A stretch of 64,000 nucleotides of DNA from Fimbriosthenelais zetlandica (lineage: Eukaryota): contig OZ365109.1 in assembly GCA_977030845.1 (NCBI GenBank), positions 61,008,001 through 61,072,000 of the forward strand, in the 5' to 3' direction. This document shows, in pieces, positions 1 through 11,001 of the stretch. The notes below the pieces were generated by a model that had not been told where the DNA came from, did no database searches, and worked only from the letters and a program-made list of their open reading frames with translations. How positions within the stretch are numbered: position 1 is the first letter of the stretch; each line of letters begins with the position of its first letter. The position numbers and the translations under genes are program-made.

Positions 1-2774
1 GTAAGCAAGTTAACAAAAATATTTAATTTACTTTGGAGACAGACCACTCACATGGTAACAGTCCTTGAATGCCCAGAACTATGTATTCTTGAACGAGTAC
101 AGATAATTTAGGCCTCATATATTAAACAAATTTTCCAAAATTAAAGTGGGTCTCAGACCACCGCCTAGGCTACTGTTTTAAAATTATTAAGTTCTGAAAT
201 AAAAATGGGAAAAAACGTCAGTTGTTTAGCGTTTAATGTCCTATCTCCCCTCCCTATATTGGACAATTAGGCTATACGCTCCCTAGTTGAATTAATCTTT
301 TAATGTTTTTACCTAGTTTTTATAGTTTTCGCACAGAAGTCTGTTATATATAGGCCTAAGTCAGTTCATAAGCTTCCCCCTTCACTAGCTCTATGCGTGT
401 CACACCCACGGCCCATTCATTTAGCCCCGCCATCCATACTAAATTAAGCCAAAGACATGATTGCGGTGGTTATTTCCTGAGCACACACCCGTACAACAGG
501 CTGCCTGCCTCGTCACCTAGCCTACATAGCTATACGTACGGCCTGTATGTCAAGTTATGAGCAGGTGATGTAACTGGATGTTTATAGATTGGATAGGCCT
601 ACCGGTAACAGCAGAAATTGCCCCATGTTAAAACGACAACCTCAACCAGTTTTAACGTATAGTTCCTGGTTTATCCGCTTGTATAATCTAGCGCAAATAT
701 CTGCTGCCATAGGGTCCAATGTTAAAAATTATTTATCCCCCCAGGCCCCTCCCCGGCCCCCAACCTCAACCTCCACCCTCATGTCTAGGCTACCCCCGGC
801 ACCGACCCGAACTCCCTCCCAAAAATTCAGCCTGATTCGAAATAGTTAACCTGTTTAAATCCTTTGGATTATGCAAAAGTGTCCTCTCCATAGGCTCAAT
901 GTTAAAAATCACTCACGATTACAGGAATGTGTGCTACAGAGCCGGTTTGCCAGTCCACTCCAATCGGATTTTTCTCTACCTAATACATATTATTTTCACT
1001 CAAGACCACGGTTATGTATAACTTATGACCTCTACTGATACATCTCAAAAGAGTGGAGACGAAAAACGAGGAAAACCTCGATTTCTGCAAAAGTGACAAA
1101 TCGGCCGCGCGTATACCGGCCTATAATTTGGCCTTTTAAAAACCTTAACAGCGCCCTCTCACTAAAAGTCGAAAAAGTTGAATAACTCTGTAAATAATGG
1201 GTGTAAAATTACAATTCAAACGGATTGTTCTTAGTTGGAAGCATCTCCAAGTATCTATGTGGGTTTTGTTGCACTAAAATTGATTTAAAATTTCGATTTC
1301 TGAAAATGGAGGGAATTTGAGGTCTATAGCATTGATGAGGCCAGCGCGCCAGTGGCGACCCGAGATACAGCGGCAAAAAGGTGAACTACTCTTCAATGAT
1401 CAAGCGAAGGCTGAGTGCTCTGTAGGCCTACACCTGGCCATGCATAGGAACTGTTCCTCTCTACTAGCGGGTGGTGGTGGGGGCTGAATAATTTTTCAAG
1501 GCAAATCCAATGCACGAATTAAATAAAAATAAATTACCGGTATTTTCTAAATCCGTTGGAAATGTTGCCAAATTTTTATATTTTATTATTCTGTCTAGGC
1601 CTACCATTTCGGAAGACGGTCGCTCAGTTGTAGCCTATAGGCCTAGGTGACTATCAACTAGGCCTAATTATAGGCCTACAATTAGGTAAAACTACATTTT
1701 TTGCCACTTCTTTGAAAGAACTTTTAGGTTTAACTTTAAATAGGGGCCTAGACACATTAGGCCTAATTAGGAACATACCGAGTCAAACTCATTATCATTG
1801 CAGTAACACGTTAATTAATTTATTCAACATTCATCATTAACAATTTATTTTAAAAATGCAAAATCCAGAATTCTGGCTAGGCCTGCGCCTGTCTGCCAAG
1901 AGATTTCGGACGGACACAATAATGTTCCCAAATTTCAATAGGCCTATCGCAGGGGTTTTTTCTTGTGCTTCTATCCATTCTTGAACAGAATAAAAAATAT
2001 TTAGGCCTAGGCCTACACAATAGCCTAGATTTTGTGTTCCCATATCAAAATCTGCAATAGGCCTATTTAGCCTAGGCCTACACATTTCACTGTTTGAATT
2101 CAATAGATTTATGCTGAGATCCTTAGGCCTAAATATAGGCTAATATCCCACCAAAATATGTAGAAATTAATATTTTACAAGGAAATAATTATTCATGATA
2201 AACATTAATAGCCTAGGCCTAGGCCTAATGAAAGTGAAGAATAACTTATAGGCCTACCGGTAATAGGCCTAACTACCGGTAAAGAATCGCTTCTATGGTA
2301 TTGTCGCCATTATCGTTGGCTGCCTCTGTGTAGGCCTAGCTCGGATTCTCCATCATGATCCCCATTAGCCAGTATAACCAGCCCTGTCCCTGTAGGCCTA
2401 CAGGAGATGGATACTCTGTCTAGATCCCCATCAGACATCTCCACACAGGCCTACGCTTGATGGCCACCCATAGCATAGTTAGGCCTACTCGCGGGTCCCC
2501 CGACCTTCGAAGTTGGTAGGCCTACTGTTAGAAAAAGATACAATCAAAATTAATCAATAGAGACATTATAGATCATTATAGGGCTGCAGCCAAGATGCTC
2601 AATTTCTCTCTACAAAATTTTAAGAAAAGAATGATGACAATCACACAATCGATTGCGAATAGCCCGTATGCACACGCGCCATCTTGTTTTTCGACCGCGC
2701 ATTGCATTGTGGGAGTTGTGGTACAACGACGTCAGACGTCGCACCACGATTTCCGGCGCGAAAACGGCGGCGCC

Positions 2775-5700
2775 ATGCCGGGCTACACATGTTGTGTCCC
2801 CGGCTGCTATACAAATAGCAAGCGAGATCGCCACTTATGTTTTTATAAATTTCCAAAAGACGTCAAAAAAGAAAGGATATGGAGAAACAACATCGGTAGG
2901 GTTGGAGAAACTGGTAAGTTCAGTTTATTTCAACCCTCCCAGACTGGACACCGAGTGTGCAGCCTGCATTTCAAGGGCGGAAAGAAGACGTACATTGTAT
3001 CTGTTCCCACAGAGTTCCCCATGAAATCCTCTTCTACTTCCAAACCCGAATACGCAAGGAGGAAGATAGAGAGATTAGTTCCGACAACGGATGAACCTGA
3101 ATTATGTAAGTATCCATGTTTATATTGACTGAATGTCGCATGGGCCACTCGGGCCACTCCACTGACACTGTCACTGACTCTGGCTGCAGTGGCACTGTCA
3201 CTGTCAGTCAACACCTGACACTACTGAAACTTGAAGTTGACAGGGGCGGGGATGAGATTCTTTATACTGTATACAGTGTATTAAGTTAGTAGGCCTACTG
3301 CTCCCCTTTTTGGCTTTCATATTACTTGACCATTAGCTAGGCCTACTTGATTTCTCGTGAAAAGTAGGCCTATAGCCTAGTGCTAGGCTATATAATTTCG
3401 ACCCTCATCCCCACCATCCCCCACGGCCCTGCCCCCGCCCACTGTTTTCCCTCTACTAGTAACATTTAAGTTGCCTACCCACGAAAACCTACATAGGCCT
3501 AGATTTAGTAGGCCTATAGTCTAAGTTTTGCTCCAATAAAAAGAAGTAGATCTATTAGCTGTCTACCCCATGTTTTCACCTTTTTGCTCATAGTATCATT
3601 ACCGGTATATCTATAGATCTAATGTAATTTATCCATCTTTGTTTTATCTCCAGGTTAGGCCTACCACATTTTCATTATACCTATACACTAGTTATTACAC
3701 TATATGCCTAATTTATCTTCAGCTTAGGCCTCCCACATTATTATTATTGTATCTATAAAGTAATCTTCCGTTTAGGCCTACATCATTATCATTATAATCT
3801 ATAAAGTAATCTTTAGCTTAGGCCTCCCACATTATTATTATTGTATCATATCTATAAAGTAATCTTCAGTTTAGGCCTACCACATTATCGTTATATCTAT
3901 GAAATAATCTATATTCAGGTTAACACAATATAACCATGGTATATTTTTAACAAAAAATATAAAAATTCTAAAGTTCAGACTGTTCTTTAAATAATTGAAA
4001 TCTCCGCTTTCTGTGGATCTGAAACAAAAATAACTTTTTGCCTGATCGGGTGAAGTTTTCCTTCCACCGGCTGGGGTTAGAAACAAAAAAGACACTACAG
4101 ATAATATAGGACTGGTTCATGACGACCACCCCCCCCCCCCCCCCCCCCCCCCCCACCATTGCCCCCAATTTCATGTTATTCCAAACAAAGATATTATTCT
4201 GTTTGGCCTAATACTAATATTTGCATTTTTTTTTTCAGGTGATGACCACGTACAAAGTATGCCCAGTGATCTCGACATCACACACAGTCATTCCTACGCC
4301 ATGCCGATGGACAAAGATAACTTAAAGTGCCTGCTAAATGATAAAAATAGGACTATAGAAATGATGGCAGAGAAAATCGAGGACTTAGAACAACAACTTT
4401 CTGAACTGACGACGAGATTGAAACAGACGGAATCAAAACTATCTGAGGCAGAAAAGTCAAATGGGGTGATGTTAAAAGAAGTTAGGACATGGAAAAGAAA
4501 GTACCATATGTCCATAATTCATAGAGAAAAAGTAAACGAGGATTTCTTCACGAAAATCCTAAGCATACAGGCCATCAAGGAAAATCCAGACGCTATCCGG
4601 TTCTACACTGGCTTTTCTACATACAACGAATTTCTCGTACTGCACAATTTCCTTGCACATGATTTGGATAAGATACAATATTGGGGGTCTCAACCCAATA
4701 TCAAAACAAGCCCCTCACGAGGAAAAAACCGCCTTCTGTCTTCTGAAGATGAGCTTCTGCTTGTGCTGGCAAGATTGAGAGTTGGCCTACTGGTTGAGGA
4801 CCTTGCATTCAGGTATGTGGACATCTTGTTACTCAAGTTCTAGAATGTTAAACGTACCATGTCCCGTAATAATTAAATAGATTATAACTAGGATAGAAAT
4901 TTAGTCTAATTTTAGTGTCTAAGGCCAGAAAAAATATATGAATTTACTAGCCTACTTACCCTACCTAAAATAGTAAATACTGCTGATTCCAAAGAGACTG
5001 TTTATTGTTTTAATAAAATAAAATTATTGTTAAAATAATAATTAAAATAAAATAAAAAAACAAGCAACTCTTTACAAAAATCCTTAAGGATCCCAATTTC
5101 AAATTTTGTGAAAAATATGTTGCAAAATAAATTTGCCAAGCTTTCAACCCTCAACTTTTCCATCACATGAAAAACCACATACTCCATATACCTATTATAT
5201 ACCTGATATTCAATGACTCATACAAATAAAAATCTGAATCTGAATTTCATTCTAATTTCCAGATTTGGTATCCATGCGACAACAGTGAGTAGAATATTTC
5301 GCACTTATGTCGACCTGATGTCTCGCCGCTTCCGGCAGTTGACAATATGGCCAACCAGACCACTACTACAGGAGCACATGCCCGAATGCTTCAAGCAGTC
5401 CTACCCTTGCACTCGCGTAATATTGGACTGCACAGAGCTTTTCATTGAGACGCCATCCCATTTGCGAGTTCAGTCAGAGACATATTCATCCTACAAAAGT
5501 CACAACACGGCCAAGGGTCTCATAGGCATAGCACCAAATGGTTTTGTGAGTTTTGTTTCTGATTTAGTCCCTGGACGCATGTCTGATAAACAGATCACAG
5601 AAAACAGTGGACTACTCGACAAGCTGGAGGAAGGAGATTCAGTGATGGCGGATAGGGGATTCCTCATAGACGAATACCTAGCACAAAAGAGGGTAGGACT

Positions 5701-5935
5701 CAACATCCCCCCTTTCATGAGTGGAAAATCACAGCTCTCCCCAGAAGAAGAGGTAGCAACAAGGAGGATAGCCTCTGTCCGGATCCATGTTGAACGTGTT
5801 ATTGAGCGTGTTAAGAACTTTCGCATACTTAAATATATATTTCCAAATACCATGGCTGCTGATCTCAATAAGATTTGGGTTATATGTTGCTATCTGGTAA
5901 ACTTCACGACTGATCCGATTGCATCTGACAAATAA
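2775..5935 (+). CDS. THAP-domain DDE transposase (HARBI1/DDE_Tnp_4 family), 3 exons, 525 aa
   Basis: Exons 2775-3105, 4239-4812, 5263-5935; all GT-AG, phases 1 and 2 match, 1578 nt total. Exon 1 has a THAP C2CH finger (CCVPGC...FYKFP...W...VCSLHF...SVPT). Exon 2 has a coiled coil, FYTGF and an HTH ([29 protein letters not shown]). Exon 3 has the catalytic D/D/E ([25 protein letters not shown]). Confidence 0.92.
3650..3910. repeat. Degenerate ~50-bp tandem repeat in transposase intron 1
   Basis: About five copies of ttaggcct(c/a)ccacattattattattgtatctataaagtaatcttc, starting near 3656, 3724, 3773, 3819 and 3872. Confidence 0.75.
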
Positions 5936-7704
5936 TGATTTTAGTAACAATATTGCAGAACCTCACATAACAGCGGGCCGCAAGTTAATGTCATTATTGT
6001 AATTCATTAGTCAACGTGCATCCCCCCACCCCACCCCCCGGGCTGATGTAGGTGTTTCACACCCAAATGAAAAATTTGAATCTGTTTCCAGATGTCCTAA
6101 AAATGATTTCGCCCGTGGTTTATTATGGTCTCATCTATAAGTACCTAATACAATTTCCATTTAAAATACTGATAAGAAAATATCTGAATAAATCTCCAGA
6201 TGAATCGTATCAGCCATCACTGGTCCGAACCCTCACCTCAGAGGTGGGCTGAGTTGGTGGTGGGTGAGCATTGTGAATAGAACATAATATTCTATGGTGA
6301 ATGTGAGAAAGTAAATTTGAATATGCACATACAGGGAAATGTCAGAGTACTATTGTCGGTAGCATTTAAGAAGCCTCAAATAATTTAATTTGGATATTGT
6401 AATATACTATTCAGTAAATTCAATAAAAATGTAGATAATAAGCAGGTTGAGATGAGTATGTAGACATAAAGGGAAATGCGGAATATACTCAGCATCAGCA
6501 ATTGTCTATAGATATGTTTGTTCCACGTTTGGATGAAGATGTTCTTTGGTATCTCTAATTCAGAAACACATGTACATGTATGTTTATATCCAGTGGATAA
6601 ATCTGGGTGTTATTTTGGTATAATTATAGAGCTAGAATTTTAATAATAATTTTTGAGCAAAATTATTGAACCTTTTGTATGTATACATGTATTATGAATA
6701 CAGAAGTATTCTTAAAAACAAATTTAACTTTTGTTTAACAATACATCACCAACATTGATCCAATCTCTAAATATTTCTTATATTCAAATAATCAAATATA
6801 GTGTATGAAGTAATTAGTTATACCATTGGATTTATCATAGCAGTTATGGTATTCAGGCACATTTATGACCTAAACGTGATTCTCCTTACAGCTTCCTGGC
6901 TGAATGGGCTTGGAATTTAAACATTTCTTGGTCTTAGGTAATGAGTGTCTTTCTGTACCAATCCCAGTACTGGCGGATTCGTTGTCTGTCATCAGTAGCG
7001 TTTATGCAGAAATGTTCGCAGATAAATTAAGATATGTCTAAGATGATTTTATATTTAAATTATTTCAAATACTGTGTCAAATACTGCTATCAGACAACAA
7101 GAGCAAAACCGAATGTTCATTATAATATATATTTTATTGCAACTACCATACCATGAAGTGGAAAATAATGTTGTTTATTATTAAAGAATTGTGATTATAG
7201 AATCATCTTTCTGTTATGATTATATTATAATTGTATAAATAATAATGAATGTCAATAATTTGAAATGACTAGTTTAGCTCTCCAGTCCAATATCTACCAT
7301 ACAATAACTCTTATCAACCCTTTGTTCTCACCCAACACCCTACCATAGCTCGCATATGTTCTAACTCATATGGAATTCCATATTAAATTTCTCCCTGTGA
7401 ATATGTAATATGTCATTATAACAATAGCCACTGATAGTCAATAAGAAAACCATAGACATGTAGCTATATGTCTATGATAAAACAATTGGAACTTCCAAGG
7501 GAGGGCTTAGACCTCAGGCCTATACTGGAGTCTGGCAGGAACCCACTTTCCTTCCTGATTCAAAACAATCATCATCCAAATTCATTAATAGACAAGATAC
7601 AGTCATCTGAATACAGAATTTAATAATTCATATTATTGTTACAAAATTATAATTTACCTAGTACCAATATGGCGGACGGTAAACACTGGGAACAAGATTT
7701 TATA

Positions 7705-7968
7705 AATCTACTATCATTAGGTGGATAAGCCACATTTTAATCTACTATCATTAGGTGGATAAGCCACATTTTAATCTACAATCATTAGGTGGATATGCCA
7801 CATGTTAATCTATCACAGCTGGATAAGCCACATTTTAATCTACAATCATTAGGTGGATGTGCCACATGTTAATCTATCACAGCTGGATAAGCCACATTTT
7901 AATCTACGATCATTAGGTGAAGAAGCCACATGTTAATCTACGATCATTAGCTGAATATGCCACATTTT
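7705..7968. repeat. 34/30-bp minisatellite, 8 units
   Basis: Unit aatctactatcattaggtggataagccacatttt; starts at 7705, 7739, 7773, 7807, 7837, 7871, 7901, 7935. The 30-bp variant aatctatcacagctggataagccacatttt occurs at 7807 and 7871. Confidence 0.92.
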
Positions 7969-8021
7969 GGTGTACCCAAATAGAAATATTTCATTTGTCA
8001 TTCATACTTTACATTTCCCCC

Positions 8022-9653
8022 TCAGTTTTCTTTTCCACCTGTGTATTTAAATCGCTCCGAATTTGGATACAACTTAAGCCCCCGCTGTACTCGCCTGAAT
8101 TTCCGTTCTTGGACTATCCCTTCCAGGTAAAACTTGTCTACTTTCTCAAGGATAGTTTTGTATACATCAGGCTCAAATTGGACTCTCTTGATGAATAAGT
8201 CACAGATCCCATGTCCTTTACAGCAAAAATAGACTACCAAGTCGCACCACTTCTGGTTCAAAATACCCATCTGTGCTTGTATTTGAAAGAAAGAGTTGTG
8301 CCTCCTGTTGATAGCCCCATCTGGTTTGATATAAAAATCTTTACGCTGAACAGCGATTTCAAGAACAGAACTTGGTACTACAGTACTAGAATTGGGAAAA
8401 TATGGGCACTTAATTTCAATGATACCTGTATCTGGTGTGGGACTATCTATAATCACCACACCATCAACACTAGCACCAAACCATGGTCTTGTTGTGTCGA
8501 TGATCAGTCCCTTTTCTTCCACATTAAGTGTGACACCCTGTTGTTGGTTGTGTAAGATGTAGGCTTGCCTCGCTTCATCTTCATGTGTGATGCCATGGGT
8601 ACAAGCAGCAGATGTTGCAGCAGATGACGTCTCGTAGCCCATGATTTTTTTGACAAGCACATCGGGAGGGGTCTGCTCCCGCCTCTTTACGATCTGACCA
8701 ACGATCGAAGCTGTGATTCTCCCTGAAAATGGATATGGCACTTGTGAAATTATATTAATTAATACAGAGCCAAGTAAAACCTCGGTACCACATCACAATT
8801 TGCAATGTAAAACTACCATGCCATGTATTCCTTCAATAAACGTTGGTGCAGCCAGGCAGAACAAGGGTAAAAAAATAAACAGTGAATACCTATACAAATT
8901 ATATTTAATACTATACAAATTGGTTTTGCACCGCATAAAATTGCTATGCATTGTCCCTCAACATCTTGGAACCAGAATTCATACCAGGAGATACACATTC
9001 ACATAACAAACCATAACTATTATATTATAATAGTTTATAATAGTTTGTTTTAAATTATAATCCATAATGTTAACCTGGTAAACAAATTTTGAATTAAAAG
9101 AATGGTTCCAAGATGTAAAAAGACTGGATTATCATGCATCATGAATACTCACCAATTCTCTCACGGAACCAATCTTTATTTCTGGACTGCCCTCGGGTTT
9201 TTTCTTCTATTGCTGCTTGTAGCTCAGTAGTAGTTTCAGTGATGGGCGTGGTGGCTGTATCAATGTGAGGATCCGGACCTTCACTGATTTCCTGTGAGGG
9301 TTTAATAATTACTATTTATATTTCACATAAATGGATATATATAAAGACTGATGATGTAAGCCACCTGTTCCACCTGTATAGGACACTGAGGCCCCCTAGT
9401 GTTAGAGGGCCTCACCAACCATGGTCAGTCCCTGCTCCATATATAATATATGCTAATCACTCATCCACTCGGACATTGTGCTTATGTTATTTTTTTTATA
9501 TAAAATATACATCATTCAATAAGTACATTCAGTTTTACCATGCTTATATATATATAAATCAATAGTCATACAGACATTAAATATTAATAACAATAATAGA
9601 ATAAATTAAAATTACCTCAAGGTCTAGTAGCTCAGTCGCAGGTTCAGTGGCCT
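8022..9653 (-). CDS. YqaJ-like (lambda-exonuclease family) viral-recombinase protein, 5' end not resolved
   Basis: Exons 9653-9616, 9291-9153, 8722-8022 with consistent phases. The junction gives IEEKTRGQSRNKDWFRERI|GRITAS, followed by motifs GITHEDEAR, WFGASVDG, IIEIKCPY and FQIQAQM. No start exon identified. Confidence 0.88.
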
Positions 9654-9750
9654 CTGCAGGGCGTGTCAAAATCAGAAATGTTATTCAATAATATGACTGG
9701 ATGAACAGCTTTGTTGAGATTTTCGATTTTTTCTGATTTCTGGGAATCCT

Positions 9751-9764
9751 GTTGTCATAGCAAC
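9751..9764. promoter_or_regulatory. RFX X-box motif
   Basis: GTTGTCATAGCAAC closely matches the palindromic X-box consensus GTTGCCATGGCAAC. It lies 1.24 kb upstream of the WD40 gene ATG. Confidence 0.5.
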
Positions 9765-11001
9765 AGATACCCTGGTTGACATGGCGAACAGATTTGTGTT
9801 CAGTGCAAAATGTTAATATTTTTATAAGTTTTTTACTTGAGATAACTAAAAATTCAAACATTCAGGAGTTTAGTATAACCATTGATTCATGACATAACTT
9901 GAAATTCCTCAGGGTACAACGACTTGTCCCATCGAAATTCTTCAGGGTTGATTGAGTTAACAGGTTTAAAACGTGTCTGAAAAGTAACAAAACGGACGAA
10001 GAAACCGTCCGAAATTAAAGTAAACACCGAAATAGGCCTAACAATTCTGAAGAGGCCCTAATATGGGCCGAAATGGACGAAAAGGGTTCACATTTCCTGA
10101 AACAGATGCTAAGTGTCCGAAATAGGCCTAAAACTTCCTAAACGGCGCTCAAATGGGCCGAAATGAGTTTATCAAGGGCTAAAATTGACCGGAACACCAA
10201 CTGGATCATTTCAGGCCTCAAAAAAGGTAAAGAATGCATCCTTCTGCAGTGACCACGAGAAGGAATAACAAAAGAGACCCAAAAATGGAAAAAAATACAC
10301 ATGGGGGGGGGGGGGGGGGGGGGAGACAAAATGGCCGACAAAAATCAGAATAGTTATACACCCTCATTTACGGCGACTTTACTGACACTAGTGACAGAGC
10401 CAAAATTTTACTGAGACTGTCAAGTTGACTGACAACTGACAAAACAATGACCCCGTTATAACCCTCTGCCAAACTGTTTGTTTGGCAGACAACATTGAAT
10501 CCTGTTGCATTTTCTTTGGAAATGTCATTATATTTTCCTAAGTAGGCCTATAATAATTTTATGCAGATCGAGGCTGAAACAACATGGCTGAAACAATAGA
10601 CCGTCAACCGTCAGATTTCTGCAAAAGTACGCATATCTTCCAGCAGATCTGCGCAATAAATTCGGAATTAGAATCTACTAATCTACTAATAAAAAAGTTT
10701 TGACTTTATATTCATCCTCTGATTTATGATTTTATTTCTTGGTAGATTTATAATCACAATGAACAATGCAGTTACGATGGTCACCAAATTTGGTTCATTG
10801 TCATAGTAATGACGCGTAGTTAAAGCAAGCATAGAGAACCGATAGTTGTAAATAGAGTAGATTGGATCTCCCGAACAGCTTCATTTTGGCCTGGATTTAT
10901 CGATGTTGGATGACAAGTTCTGAATTCTGATATGGGTAACCGATTGAAGTGAGGGAAATTGAAGATTTTCTTGCGATTTAATTGAGAAAAAAAATTGTTA
11001 A

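Larger units (their letters stand above)
2775..9653. mobile_element. ISL2EU (PIF/Harbinger-ISL2EU-Spy group)-like DNA transposon: transposase plus convergent YqaJ exonuclease gene; termini not defined
   Basis: A THAP + DDE_Tnp_4-type transposase on + paired tail-to-tail with a YqaJ exonuclease on - is the diagnostic two-gene layout of ISL2EU elements. No TIR pair was found, so the span is that of the coding parts only. Confidence 0.8.

Noticed and set aside
937-1422. Possible TA-flanked element (TA|CAGAGC...GCTCTG|TA)
   Set aside because: The inverted match is only 9 bp including the TA flanks; too short to support a call.
2578-2700. Candidate left terminus of the ISL2EU-like element (AGGGCTGCAGCC or AATAGCCCGTATGCAC)
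   Set aside because: No reverse-complement partner found to the right of the YqaJ gene.
3968-4174. ORFs with poly-Gly or poly-Pro (also 10138-10341)
   Set aside because: Translations of homopolymer C/G tracts; no coding signal.
7705-7968. CRISPR-like regular ~34-bp periodicity
   Set aside because: Head-to-tail units with no unique spacers, no cas genes and a eukaryotic context: a minisatellite.
9700-9880. Start exon for YqaJ (ATG at 9783 or near 9855, minus strand)
   Set aside because: The ATG at 9783 runs into a stop and gives the wrong phase. The alternative frame ends at a weak GTATCT donor and has no recognisable sequence.
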